A stretch of 64,000 bases of DNA, from contig JAKMXF010000297.1 in the NCBI GenBank assembly GCA_024704765.1, positions 124,001 to 188,000 on the forward strand. Direction: 5' to 3'. The position numbers and the translations under genes are program-made. Shown here piece after piece: positions 11,492 through 22,422 of the stretch; positions within the stretch are counted from its first letter, which is position 1, and every line of letters begins with the position of its first letter. Under the pieces are notes generated by a model that did no database searches, had not been told where the DNA came from, and was given only the letters and a program-made list of their open reading frames with translations. This stretch comes from Oopsacas minuta. Taxonomy: Eukaryota > Animalia > Porifera.

Positions 11492-12387
11492 CATTTCGGA
11501 TACATTATAATTATAATTTTGTGAAGTTGCTGACAAATTGTTAAAATCTTTGTTATTAGTGGTGTTCTATTTAATTATAGTTAATGTCTACCTCCGCACA
11601 AGAAATAGCAAAGATTTATAGCTTATTTCTCCACTCTTTGATAGCTACATATATGCATATTATGGAAATTCATTTGCATGTCCTTATTTGTCGTATTTGG
11701 AACACCTACCATACTAATAATTACTATGTAGGTAGGTTAGATGATATCTCTCGCATAAGAATTTGTAGATATATCTCTGAATATTGAACTGTGATCTGGA
11801 TGATATCCTTAAAATGTCCATATATTATCCAATTATATAACTCACTATATTAACTCGGAAATTATATTAATATTAAGTATTTGACTTCTTGTAACACATT
11901 TAGAGTTCTACTCAATTTCCCATTTATTTCATATTACAAACTTTTTGCAAACTTATCCATACATCATAGATACGTGTTATGACGATCTGTACTGAATTGG
12001 TTCAATTACTTAATATAGCTAAAGTATATCTTAAACTAATTTGTGCCCTCTAAAGAATTGTTTTCTTATCTGATTAAGATTATTGCTCCACTATGACATA
12101 CTTTATTATTGCCATTTTCCAGAAAATATTGATGAAAGATTAAGTGTGCCCTGAAAGAAAATAATGTCGCTACTGCCTTGGGCTAGGTCAGCAATTTACC
12201 TACCATATGGGTATGTCTTATTCCCACTATTAATTAACACTCTACAATAGTACAATAGGCGGCTAAATATTGAATTCAAATTTCTTGATAATACACACGT
12301 GAACTGATAATATATCATGAATGATTTGTTCTCCTAAAAGACAAGATTTACATACGATAGTATAAAAATATTAAATTTAATCCAAAA

Positions 12388-13584
12388 TTAAAATTCTTTA
12401 GATTGACTTTTAAATGAATATATTATCTGAGGGATTACCTTTAGAGCACGTCTCTTTCGAATATTTCTGACTACTTCTTGGAAGAATTCGAATTTTTCTA
12501 ATATTTTCGTATTTGACTCATAATTGTTAATATCAGTGTAGTAGTCTTTACATGAAATGCCTTGTATACCTGGAAATCCACTGATCATATTAATGTATAG
12601 AAACAATGTATCAAGACTCCATTGGTAGTTAACACTCACTGCAGTTGCACTCTTCCTCTCATTGTTTACATTTTCTATTGTAGTAGCATCACATAACGTG
12701 TAACATTGTCTGAATATAATCGGAATAGTAGGTCCTGTAATTTCAAATACTGTAATTCCCAATTGCTCAATTATCCCTAGCTCTTCTATTGGCCATTTAT
12801 ACACTGGGAGCTTGCTGTATAGTTCGTCTGCTGAAAAATTGTATTTGTGTCCGACAAGAGGGAATGCTCTGCTCTCGGGATCCAAAAGGTTGAGTGAGCC
12901 TTGTACATTTAAATTTAGACATAGTTTTAAGTCACTAGATGGCATCACAGATGGAATATAGAGAAAGCTCTTATTCGGGATATCACATAATTCTCTTATT
13001 TTTTTATCTAACTCTTGTAGTTGTGATGATAAATGCATATTTATTTGATACGATCCTCGCCCTGCGAACATTATCACTAGCGCTACTACAGGACTAGTGT
13101 GTACTGTACAGGCGACCTCTTGAGACAGTTTTATTACACAGTCAATCTTTAATGTGTCAATGTCAACTGTCTTCTCAGATGTCAGATGTCTACAGTTGTG
13201 ATATAATTTAATCAATTGAGGTGACATGTGTGGCAATTTATGACAGATCATCCATTCTAGTTCTTTGACTAAAATGTTCCGTTTAACTCTTAATGAAATT
13301 ATCTTGTTCTTTTCTTCATAATTTGGCCAGGTGTAAATAGTTAGATCTAGATACCCACTCGAAGTTAGTGAGTAGGATAGATTGTATGGAAGATTCATTA
13401 TTGGAATAGTTTCCAAGTTTAAGAGTATTGTTCTTTCACATAAAAATGATAATCTGCATGGGTCTCTCTGTACTATTTTCTCTCCATCATGCGTATGAAC
13501 TGACTGTAAGCGACTATCATAAGTGAATTCTAAGCATCTGAAAAAGTGTTGTATAAATCCATATTTAGCATATTTGTTATTCAA
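12388..13584 (-). CDS. Orphan protein with two or three putative ubiquitin-like (beta-grasp) domains; start uncertain (TTG at 13584, first in-frame ATG at 13398)
   Basis: Stop-free 398-codon frame in AT-rich DNA; ISLRVKRNILVKELEWMICHKLPHMSPQLIKLYHNCRHL and YQINMHLSSQLQELDKKIRELCDIP follow the ubiquitin pattern [25 protein letters not shown]. Confidence 0.5.
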   Translation of the reverse strand: MNNKYAKYGFIQHFFRCLEFTYDSRLQSVHTHDGEKIVQRDPCRLSFLCERTILLNLETIPIMNLPYNLSYSLTSSGYLDLTIYTWPNYEEKNKIISLRVKRNILVKELEWMICHKLPHMSPQLIKLYHNCRHLTSEKTVDIDTLKIDCVIKLSQEVACTVHTSPVVALVIMFAGRGSYQINMHLSSQLQELDKKIRELCDIPNKSFLYIPSVMPSSDLKLCLNLNVQGSLNLLDPESRAFPLVGHKYNFSADELYSKLPVYKWPIEELGIIEQLGITVFEITGPTIPIIFRQCYTLCDATTIENVNNERKSATAVSVNYQWSLDTLFLYINMISGFPGIQGISCKDYYTDINNYESNTKILEKFEFFQEVVRNIRKRRALKVIPQIIYSFKSQSKEF

Positions 13585-13738
13585 TTGGAATTTGCCATTA
13601 CTTTATTACTTTAATTGATTACATACTATAATTCCCTATGCATCGCATTAAAATTGCTGATTTAACTGGTTAAAAATTAAAATGCACCAACAAGCAAAAG
13701 CAAACTGAGCCATTATTAATACCATATTCATAGATAAC

Positions 13739-13792
13739 TCTTACATCTATCAGATGATAAATTTCTTACATCTATCAGATGATAAATTTCTT
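13739..13792. repeat. 25-bp direct duplication (tcttacatctatcagatgataaatt x2)
   Basis: Two exact adjacent copies. Confidence 0.9.
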
Positions 13793-13883
13793 GCTCTATC
13801 TACATCAATTCTCAATATATTACTACCACCATGTTAATCTAAGAGTCCGTATTCGTAACTCACGAGTAATCCAAATATCTTAA

Positions 13884-14273
13884 TTAGTCGGTGTTAATTA
13901 AATACCTCAGCTTGAAATCTTTGGTACATAACAACGGGTCGAATAGTTGGAGTTTGTTATCCCTTCCCAAATGTATCTCTATCGTATTGTTCTTGAATAC
14001 GTAGAAATAAACTTCTCTCCCTGCAAGGTTTCCAAAGTATGGAATAACAATCACACAAACATATTTCTCTGTTGCTAAGGAATTTATTTCCACTTTCGCA
14101 AAAGAACGAATTTCTCTTGATAACTCATCACTTGTTAGTTTCCAATGTTCACTCAGTATATCCAGTGACTCGTCTTCCACCATCTGTGAGTAGCGCATGC
14201 TGCTTTTAACTTGGAATTGTGTGAATAACCCGCAGTAAACTACTTCACCTGAATTAGAGAGGTTGTTGCCCAT
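13884..14273 (-). CDS. Small protein with N-myristoylation motif, possibly a divergent dynein light chain LC8 fold
   Basis: ATG start MGNNLS (Gly2, Ser6); KYVCVIVIPYFG and REVYFYVFKNNTIEIH loosely match LC8 WHCIVGRNFG and KHFIYFYLGQVAILLF. Confidence 0.4.
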   Translation of the reverse strand: MGNNLSNSGEVVYCGLFTQFQVKSSMRYSQMVEDESLDILSEHWKLTSDELSREIRSFAKVEINSLATEKYVCVIVIPYFGNLAGREVYFYVFKNNTIEIHLGRDNKLQLFDPLLCTKDFKLRYLINTD

Positions 14274-15029
14274 CCTATAACTCTACCTTGTTTAACCTAA
14301 ATGAGAATCGTGTTTAAGTTACTTTAATGTCTAGGTACTTCCATCACATCCTACTAATTTATTAATGCAATGAATCTTTCTACCCAATTTGACCTTTTCC
14401 AGCATAATCTACATTATTAGCCACCATAGCATAGTTCATAATCATTAATAATTACAACCACTATTTTACTGTCTAATATACAAATTAAACACCTGATTTG
14501 TAGATAATACTAACCTGCGTTTAGTGTATGCAATATCTAATCAGTCTGTTTAATGACTTTTGAGTAATTGTAGTATATTTATTATTTGAAAAATACAAAA
14601 CTGTTGGAATTATTTATTTAAATAGTCAGAGATTGAGAATTCCTACTTGTTCACTCTAAGCCTTAAAGTTGAATAAGAGCAAAAAATCCCCTTACGCTTT
14701 CTTGTACTCTTTGTGGGAAATGGTGTCTGTCTCAAATGGCCTCAGTTTACATGTGAAAACTTAGATGAGTTAATATAATTCCAAATATGTTTACTATATC
14801 AACAAGGAATACCTATATTGAGTGAAAAATACGAATTCATTCAAATTCTACACACAAAATTAGCCATTATTTCTTTGAATGTATTCTTTGTTGACAAATT
14901 CCAATAAACCTGTATGCCATATTGACGTTACTATTAATTGCCTTTAATTAAGCTAATTAATGCCATTTATTATAGTCAGTATTATATTTACAAATTTATG
15001 AATATGCTATACTTTATGTTAGGTAATTA

Positions 15030-16247
15030 ATGTACCAAATAACTGCTTTATCCATTCTATTATATGTATGTGTGTTAACCCCTGTTGGAGTGGGAAGACT
15101 GTCTCCAATTGTGGTGATGCCAGGCCTCGCTGGTTCTCAGCTAGAAGCTAAGCTGACTAAGAATTCTTCTCCTCACTACTTTTGTTATAAACACTTGGAT
15201 TGGTTCACCATCTGGCTTAATGTTGAAGAGTTCCTGCCATACATAGTTGACTGTTTTGCTGAGAATATGATGTTGAGGTTTGACCGTAATACAGGAATCT
15301 TTTCCAATGCATCCCACATAGAAATACGAGCACCAGGATTTGGTAACACCTCTACAATCGAATATATAGACACTGATAGAGTAATTGGAAAGTATTTTTA
15401 CGGATTAATAGAATCTCTAAGGAAGGAGGGTTATGTAAGGGGAGTTAACATACACGGAGCACCTTACGACTGGAGACTTGCACCAGATTCACTCAGTAAA
15501 CTCGGTTACTTTAAAAAGCTTAGCGATTTGATTGAAAAAACTTACCAGAAGAATCACAACATTTCTATAACGTTAATTTGCCATAGTCTCGGTTGCCCTA
15601 CAATTCTATACTTTTTGAATACACATGTGAGTAATGTTTGGAAAGATAAATACATTCATCACTTGATAACTGCAGCTGGTGCTTGGGCTGGTTCAATAGT
15701 TGCAATACAGTCAATAATATCAGGCTCTAACTTTATGATCCCAACTATCGCTCCTCTTAGCCTAAGGCTTCCTGAGAGAACTCTAGCGTCGAATTATTTT
15801 CTCCTTCCTTACCGAGAAGTTTTTGGAAAGGATAACCCTGTTATTAGCGTAGGTAGTGTGGAGTATAAACTAACTGACCTCAACCAATTATTTACCAACC
15901 TCAATGTTTCTAATGCATCAGCCATCTGGAAGCAAGTTAGCAATCTAAACAAAGGATTTTCTGACCCTAGAGTACCCGTGTATTGTATTCACGGAGATTT
16001 TGTACCAACAGGAGAGAAGTTAATATATTCAGAGGATGGATTTCCAGACAAGGCGCCTACCTACATCACAGGTAGAGGAGACGGGACTGTTAACTTAGTT
16101 AGTTTACAAGTTTGTCTCAAGTGGAAAGATTCTACAGCTGGTTTCCAGCATCTGGTAATTGATGGAAAAGAAGGTGAACACAGTACAATCATTAATTCAC
16201 CACAAATTTTAAAAATTATATTAAATATCGTACGCATGGGTAACTGA
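15030..16247 (+). CDS. PLA2G15: Group XV phospholipase A2 / LCAT family lipase
   Basis: Signal peptide; PIVVMPGLAGSQLEAKL, GAPYDWRLAP, nucleophile CHSLG, GDGTVNLVSL, C-terminal EH. Confidence 0.88.
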   Translation: MYQITALSILLYVCVLTPVGVGRLSPIVVMPGLAGSQLEAKLTKNSSPHYFCYKHLDWFTIWLNVEEFLPYIVDCFAENMMLRFDRNTGIFSNASHIEIRAPGFGNTSTIEYIDTDRVIGKYFYGLIESLRKEGYVRGVNIHGAPYDWRLAPDSLSKLGYFKKLSDLIEKTYQKNHNISITLICHSLGCPTILYFLNTHVSNVWKDKYIHHLITAAGAWAGSIVAIQSIISGSNFMIPTIAPLSLRLPERTLASNYFLLPYREVFGKDNPVISVGSVEYKLTDLNQLFTNLNVSNASAIWKQVSNLNKGFSDPRVPVYCIHGDFVPTGEKLIYSEDGFPDKAPTYITGRGDGTVNLVSLQVCLKWKDSTAGFQHLVIDGKEGEHSTIINSPQILKIILNIVRMGN

Positions 16248-16451
16248 ATTAATATTGTACCCTTCATTCATTCATTTATTATAATAAAATATTTATATTC
16301 TACATTTCTATTAGTGTAAATGAATCATCGGGTAGGCTATATAGCCTATATTTGCTGATATCATACTCTCTGTAAGAGTTTATACGTACTTTTCTCCAAA
16401 ACGATTCTTGCACTAATTGTAAAGGAAGAATATTCGAATAAGATTCCTACA

Positions 16452-16658
16452 TCGGTTAAGACCAAGGTTGAAACCGATCAATATCAGTATTCATGAATAG
16501 CAACCTAATCAAATACTGATATTATTCGGTTTGACCAACCGAAGACTGATAATATTCGGTTTAAGTAACCGAATGCTACTGATAATATTCGGTTGCAACC
16601 TTGGTTAAGACGTACTCATTTTCGTTTCCAGGGGGTACGTGTTAACCGAGTTCCACTG
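16452..16658. mobile_element. Degenerate pogo/Tc1-like MITE remnant (right end gagttccactg+TA) hosting a nested insertion
   Basis: Right terminus matches the cagtggaac TIR of the intact MITE at 37668; left terminus eroded. Confidence 0.5.
16462..16604. mobile_element. 143-bp palindromic MITE with apparent 6-bp target duplication TTAAGA
   Basis: TIR ccaaggttg[a/c]aaccga; ttaaga at 16456-16461 and 16605-16610; internal repeats actgat[a/t]tattcggtt-like x3. Confidence 0.7.
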
Positions 16659-17318
16659 TATAATATTTTGTAGACAGATAAAAAGCCTTTTCAACAATTT
16701 GAGGAATTGTTTTGACTAATCCAGATACCATTCGGATTATTCCATGTTATATTATTTTATTCTAAACACAAAATTCCTAGACTTTAGAACAAATCAGCCT
16801 ACCCTCACATGTTTCCCAATTTAATATTTAGATATTGAGGTATTTGTATAAAATGATATTTACTTGTAGTAACTATATGCAGCTGACCTTTACAGATGTG
16901 AATTTGCTAAATAATGTTTACATTCAAACAACAATAGTAAACATCCATAATTGAATTATCCTACTCGAAGGGCATAGTATAATACACATATTTGAATTAT
17001 ATAATCTCTTTCATAAAATGTGTAGTAATTAGTGGTTGGTGTAATTTTGTTTAATAATTGAAGTGATAAATGGTGGGTAGCTTAATTCTTTACACCTAAG
17101 TGCTTGTATAATCAATTACTATACGAACTGTTGTACCACTTTCAAAGTGTCCAATCTTTTTGATTTCGTCGAGAACCTCCTGATAAAACTAAAGCAAGTT
17201 AGGATCCTAGCAAGCCCTAATGATAAATTTAGATCGTACAAGGCCCGAAATACCCGATTTTGAGAGTCAAATCTTGAATATTTTTATACGATATATTTAG
17301 CAGTAATTACTACACCAG

Positions 17319-18848
17319 ATGAGCAGCAAACAGATCGCTCAGGTATTCGACCAATACCAAAAAGCACGTACTAATTTCGTACATACAGTAGCAGACTTAG
17401 CCTCCAGGCCCCAGAACATAGAGGTTCTACAAACAATGGGTGTAATGCAATTGCTACGACCCCTCCTACTTGATGTTGTCCCTACAGTACAACAGACTGC
17501 AGCTCTAGCATTAGGGAAGATAGCTAATCACAATGAAGAGCTTGCTAAGCTAGTTGTTGATGGTGAAATACTTCCACAGCTTGTGTACTCTTTAGCAGAA
17601 CAAAACAGATTCTATAAGAAGGCAGCTGCTTTCGTACTAAGAGCGGTAGCCAAACACTCTCCCGAGTTATCTCAGAAAGTTGTGGAGTGTGGAGCTCTAG
17701 ACGCCCTTGTTATCTGTCTCGAGGACTTTGACCCCGGCGTGAAGGAGGCAGCTGCCTGGGCACTGGGATACATAGCTGGTCACGATGCAGATCTAGCTCA
17801 GTCAGTTGTTGATAGTGGAGCTGTACCCCTGCTAGTTCTATGCATACAGGAGCCAGAGATATCTCTGAAAAGAATATCAGCTTCATCCCTCTCCGATATA
17901 GCTAAACACACCCAGGAGCTTGCTCAGACCGTAGCAGACTCTGGAGCTATTGGACATCTCACACATCTAATCTCTAACCCAGACGCTAGACTCAGAAGAC
18001 AGTTGTTTTCAGCTCTCTCACAAATAGCTAAACACTCCATAGAGTTAGCTGAGATGGTGGTAGAAGCTGAAGTATTCCCTATAGTACTAAACTATCTCAA
18101 AGATCCTGACGAGTATGTGAAGAAGAATACAGCAACACTTATACGCGAAATCGCTAAACACACACCAGAACTTGCTCAGCTGATTGTCAACACAGGTGGA
18201 GTTGCAGCTGTAGTAGACTTTATCGGTGAATCAGCTGGGAGCATCAGATTACCCGGTATCATGATGCTAGGTTACATAGCTGCACACTCAGAGACCCTAT
18301 CGATGGCAGTCATCATGTCTAAGGGTGTGGTTCAGCTAGGTTCTGTCCTTACAGGAGAAACAGAGGGTCATATATTAGGTGCTGCTGCCTGGGCAGTGGG
18401 ACAGATAGGTAGACATTCATCTGAGCATGCACGTCATATAGCTGTAGCCAACATATTCCCTGTACTACTCCAGCTGCACATATCTACTGATAGCTCAGAA
18501 GATTTGAAAAAGAAATGTAAGAAAGCACTCAAGAATGTTCTCAGTAAATGTGTGTATCTTCCCGCTCTAGAACCACTTCTAATCAACGCACCTCCAAGCA
18601 TACTCAAGCACGCTATAGGACAGTTCTCTAAAGTCCTACCGCATGATCCTAACGCCAGACGTCTATTTGTTACGTCAGGCGGGCTCAAGAAAGTTCAGGA
18701 GATAATAGCTGAGCCAGGTTCTCTCCTACAGGAGTATATAAATATAATCAACACCTGCTTCCCTGAGGAAATAGTCCGTTACTATTCACCTGGCTACTCA
18801 GAGACTCTACTAGACCGTGTGGAGAACTACCAGCCTGTGGTAAACTGA
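17319..18848 (+). CDS. SPAG6: Sperm-associated antigen 6 (PF16), axonemal central-pair armadillo protein
   Basis: QVFDQYQKARTNFVHTVADLASRPQNIE N-terminus, ARM repeats, C-terminal EEIVRYYSPGYSETLL; 509 aa as in orthologues. Confidence 0.97.
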   Translation: MSSKQIAQVFDQYQKARTNFVHTVADLASRPQNIEVLQTMGVMQLLRPLLLDVVPTVQQTAALALGKIANHNEELAKLVVDGEILPQLVYSLAEQNRFYKKAAAFVLRAVAKHSPELSQKVVECGALDALVICLEDFDPGVKEAAAWALGYIAGHDADLAQSVVDSGAVPLLVLCIQEPEISLKRISASSLSDIAKHTQELAQTVADSGAIGHLTHLISNPDARLRRQLFSALSQIAKHSIELAEMVVEAEVFPIVLNYLKDPDEYVKKNTATLIREIAKHTPELAQLIVNTGGVAAVVDFIGESAGSIRLPGIMMLGYIAAHSETLSMAVIMSKGVVQLGSVLTGETEGHILGAAAWAVGQIGRHSSEHARHIAVANIFPVLLQLHISTDSSEDLKKKCKKALKNVLSKCVYLPALEPLLINAPPSILKHAIGQFSKVLPHDPNARRLFVTSGGLKKVQEIIAEPGSLLQEYINIINTCFPEEIVRYYSPGYSETLLDRVENYQPVVN

Positions 18849-18888
18849 TCACTTATACCCCAGCTAATTAGTTAACTCACTCTCTGCT

Positions 18889-20535
18889 ATGTACTATTCT
18901 AGTATCTATTCTTCATTGTATTACTCTTACTCTATGATATCTACATTTCTAATATATCCTACTATTTATTTAAATAATGTATTTGTTATAATTATAATTA
19001 GCACAGATCTCTCAGGAAACCTGGAGTTATCTAGTGGATGTGGTAGGTACAGCTACTCAGTTGTACCTGTGTATCTACAGACTGCTAGACATAAGATTAC
19101 AGATCAGGAGCCGAATAGAAGAGGTGTAAATTTGATTTGTGAGAAGATAGACAGTACTTTAAATCTAACCTCTCCACCCCTTCCAGTTTCCTCTAACATT
19201 ATATTCACTTCCCCTTCTGTATTCAATACACCAAAGCATCCACAACTGCTTATTGATAAAATTGACTTTGAGTCTCCGCTAGCACCTCAATCACCTACAG
19301 ACAGAGATAAGAAATTGTCCTATAATTCTGATCGTATTAAATCTCCTATCAAGAGTATGAGACCTCCTGGAAAACTTACCAGAAATAAAAGAATTACAAA
19401 GGGTACACGACCTGCTAAGAAACAGCCTAAGGAGACTAAAAAAGGTGTAAAAATTAAACACAGGGACTTCGATATGGACTCCTCCCCTGGATCAGAATCT
19501 GATCTAGAATCCAAACTGAATTCTTATTTTGATTCTACCTCAAAGTGCTGTGTAACTTCTAGTAACACCCTAGCTGATATGTCCCGTCCTAAGCTGAGTC
19601 ATCAAGAGGTACATAATATACTCTCTTCAGCTCCATCACCTCCTCTCCAACTAATTAGGGACAATTTGTTCAACACTCATAAAATGAAGTTTCAATCATG
19701 GACTGAAATATTAGCACTAGGAATGAATATAATTGTATATGGATTTGGTTCTAAGCGAAATCTCCTCGAGACCTACCGTACAGACCATTTATCAAACTCC
19801 TACCATCTTGTAATCAATGGTTTCTTTCCAACTCTCTCAATCAAGAGTATTTTAACCCAGATCTCTTCTGACGTGATAGGATCAAATAAAACCTTTAAAT
19901 CAATACCAGATGAGTGTAGCTATATTATCAATGAATTCCATACAAGAGATGATCTAGCAGATCTGTACATAATTGTTCATAACATTTGCAGTACAGGACT
20001 ACAAATAGGTCAAGCTCAGATCACACTCAGTCAACTAGCTACGTGCAAACGCATTCACTTTCTAGCTTCTATTGACTTATTTAAAGGACCTCTTATGTGG
20101 GACCAGGGTATACTGTCTAGGTATAAATGGGTTTGGCAATATTGTCCAACATACGCCCCTTATACAGAAGAGATCTCTTACGAGAATTCATTCTTTGTTC
20201 AACAATCAGGTTCAGTTGCCCTCAGTGCTCTGGTACACGTCATGGCTAGCTTGACACCGAATGCTCGTAACATATTTAAACTACTCACACAGCAACAAAA
20301 TGATACAGGTCCTGGAAAGAAATACTCAGCTGCTGGTGTTCCTTTTTACGACCTGTATGCTATGTGTAGAGCTAATTTCTTAGTGAATAGTGAACAGACT
20401 TTAAGATCTCAGCTGACAGAGTTCAAAGATCACAAGCTGGTCAAGGGTAAGAGGGGAGGAGATGGAGTAGAATACCTTAGAGTAACAGTAGATCAGTCAA
20501 CAATAAAGTTATATTTTGAGGAGCATTTTGAGTAA
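18889..20535 (+). CDS. ORC2: Origin recognition complex subunit 2 (true start uncertain)
   Basis: NIIVYGFGSKRNLLE, VINGFFPTLSIK, IHFLASID, TYAPYTEE, LASLTPNARNIFKLL-like motif, QLTEFKDHKL winged helix. Confidence 0.9.
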   Translation: MYYSSIYSSLYYSYSMISTFLIYPTIYLNNVFVIIIISTDLSGNLELSSGCGRYSYSVVPVYLQTARHKITDQEPNRRGVNLICEKIDSTLNLTSPPLPVSSNIIFTSPSVFNTPKHPQLLIDKIDFESPLAPQSPTDRDKKLSYNSDRIKSPIKSMRPPGKLTRNKRITKGTRPAKKQPKETKKGVKIKHRDFDMDSSPGSESDLESKLNSYFDSTSKCCVTSSNTLADMSRPKLSHQEVHNILSSAPSPPLQLIRDNLFNTHKMKFQSWTEILALGMNIIVYGFGSKRNLLETYRTDHLSNSYHLVINGFFPTLSIKSILTQISSDVIGSNKTFKSIPDECSYIINEFHTRDDLADLYIIVHNICSTGLQIGQAQITLSQLATCKRIHFLASIDLFKGPLMWDQGILSRYKWVWQYCPTYAPYTEEISYENSFFVQQSGSVALSALVHVMASLTPNARNIFKLLTQQQNDTGPGKKYSAAGVPFYDLYAMCRANFLVNSEQTLRSQLTEFKDHKLVKGKRGGDGVEYLRVTVDQSTIKLYFEEHFE

Positions 20536-20714
20536 TAGAAAAGGTTTTTGTATTAAATTTGATAATTCATTTGCAAATTCTTGTTTGAAATTCTATCATT
20601 TACATCTTTAAATGGTGTTTGTACGTAGAGACGAAAGATATTGAAGATGTAGGAGAGTATGTTAATGGTTAATTTCCTTAATCGCTAGCTTGCTCTATGC
20701 TCCAATCAACCTAA

Positions 20715-22422
20715 ATGGCGTCAAATAATTTAGATGAATATAACTTAGCGTGGTTATCAGGATGTGTAGAAGAATGGCTGTTAAAGTCAGGAAGACATCA
20801 TGGATTCACTATGAAGGAGAAGAAAGATAATCGTGTGTATCTATGTTGTCCAAATGCATCTGGGGAAGTCTACATTGAACTAGGAGAGCAGGGGCTCTCT
20901 CTTTGGACTGAAAATCCAGCTCTACAGACTATAATTCAAAACAGTAGAGTATTGGATATGCTGGAGGATTCTGCATCTAAAATTTCTGATCCTGTGCCTG
21001 CACTAGAAGCATTAGCTTCTGGTCTTCTTAGTGAACCCAAGAGCGAGCAGAGTACTGATATGGACGAACTTAGTGACGAAGACAATCAACCAGGTCCTTA
21101 CATTTGTTGATAGATAACTGTATATACTGTATCTGCTAATGCAAGATTTCCAAATCAGCTTTTGTAATACAGCTCCTATAGGGAGATGCCCTAATGACAT
21201 GGACATTGTGAGACGTCCGTATGTCTGTCCGTCCGCCCGTCCTGAGAAGAACAAAAATAGATAACCCTGAGCTGCACTACCAGTCTGTCTGCTGGACATT
21301 TTTTCTATCCAATTGCAATTTTGGACTACAATGCATAAGCATATTATCTCCTAATTAGTTAATATGATATTTGGCAAAATATACAACATACTAATACTTA
21401 ATTCGTGCCATATCGCTTATTAGACTGGTAAATCATATGAATAAATCATGCAATTACTGCAACTAACTCAAAGCAATAAACACCATGTTACTAGGCTATA
21501 ACAGCAAATTTATTAACCATAATCATCACATGAGATATCAAACAGAGTTGTAACATTAGTTCAGACTAGTTTAAAATTTTACTGTCTATGGTATGGTAAA
21601 TTGTGTAGTTGATTGGTGTAAATTTAATAGTTTCAATTCCTTTGTTGATTGTTAATTTTCCTGCTAGATGATTACGTTTCAGATGAGGATGTGGACGACT
21701 ACTATGGGCCAGAAGACCTAATTGACGAGGCACCAGGGGAAGTTGTCAAGGAGAAAGAGAAGGAGCCTGATGATGGACTGAGTGCTGATAAGTTCTTCAC
21801 TGGAGATGGAACTCCTATGGCTGTTCAACGATTGCTACATGATTTGAGGAATTTGAATAAAATCGGTACTAAGTAAGTCCAGTAAGGAATGGAATGTAAT
21901 ACACGTTTTATCAAAGAAATTCGTTTTACAATTTTGAATTTGTCAATTAATAAATTCAATAATAAATTTGTTATTTTAATCAGATATGGCTTTCTTGGAG
22001 CTCCAAGAGGAGATAACTTGTTCTTGTGGGATGTAAAATTGATGGATTTTGAAAAGGGAACCAAACTAGCTAAAGATATTCATAAATGGGCCAAAACTAC
22101 AAAACATGATGAATGCATTTACATGGAGATGAAGTTTCCAAAAGATTACCCAATGGCTCCACCCTTCGTGCGAGTTCTCAGACCAAAATTTATGTTCCTA
22201 ACTGGACACATCACAATAGGAGGCAGTGTATGCATGCAGGTGTTGACACGCAGTGGGTGGCAACCAACAAACGACATTGAATCTGTCCTTGTACAGATTC
22301 GAGCCCAAATATGTGCAGATCCTAATGCTAGTCTTAATGTAGCGGACAAAACTGATTACTCCGAATCAGAAGCTAGAAGTGCCTTTGAGAGAATGTGTGC
22401 TAGGTATGGCTGGAAAAATTGA
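20715..22422 (+). CDS. UBE2Q: Ubiquitin-conjugating enzyme E2 Q family; exons 20715-21093, 21668-21872, 21984-22422
   Basis: GT-AG introns 21094-21667 (phase 1) and 21873-21983 (phase 2) join three track ORFs in frame; UBC core FPKDYPMAPPFVRVLRP and GGSVCMQVLTRSGW with catalytic Cys. Confidence 0.88.

Noticed and set aside
18837-19016. Possible in-frame SPAG6-ORC2 spliced fusion via the gtaaac donor at 18840
   Set aside because: The donor is phase 0 but the AGs at 19001, 19006 and 19015 do not restore the ORC2 frame
21012-21299. 95-aa antisense ORF overlapping UBE2Q intron 1
   Set aside because: Runs through a simple gtcc/gtct repeat remnant and antisense to exon 1; no domain
21889-21983. 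N-terminal 32 codons of the track ORF 21889-22422
   Set aside because: Intron sequence (gtaagt...ttaatcag) that happens to be stop-free
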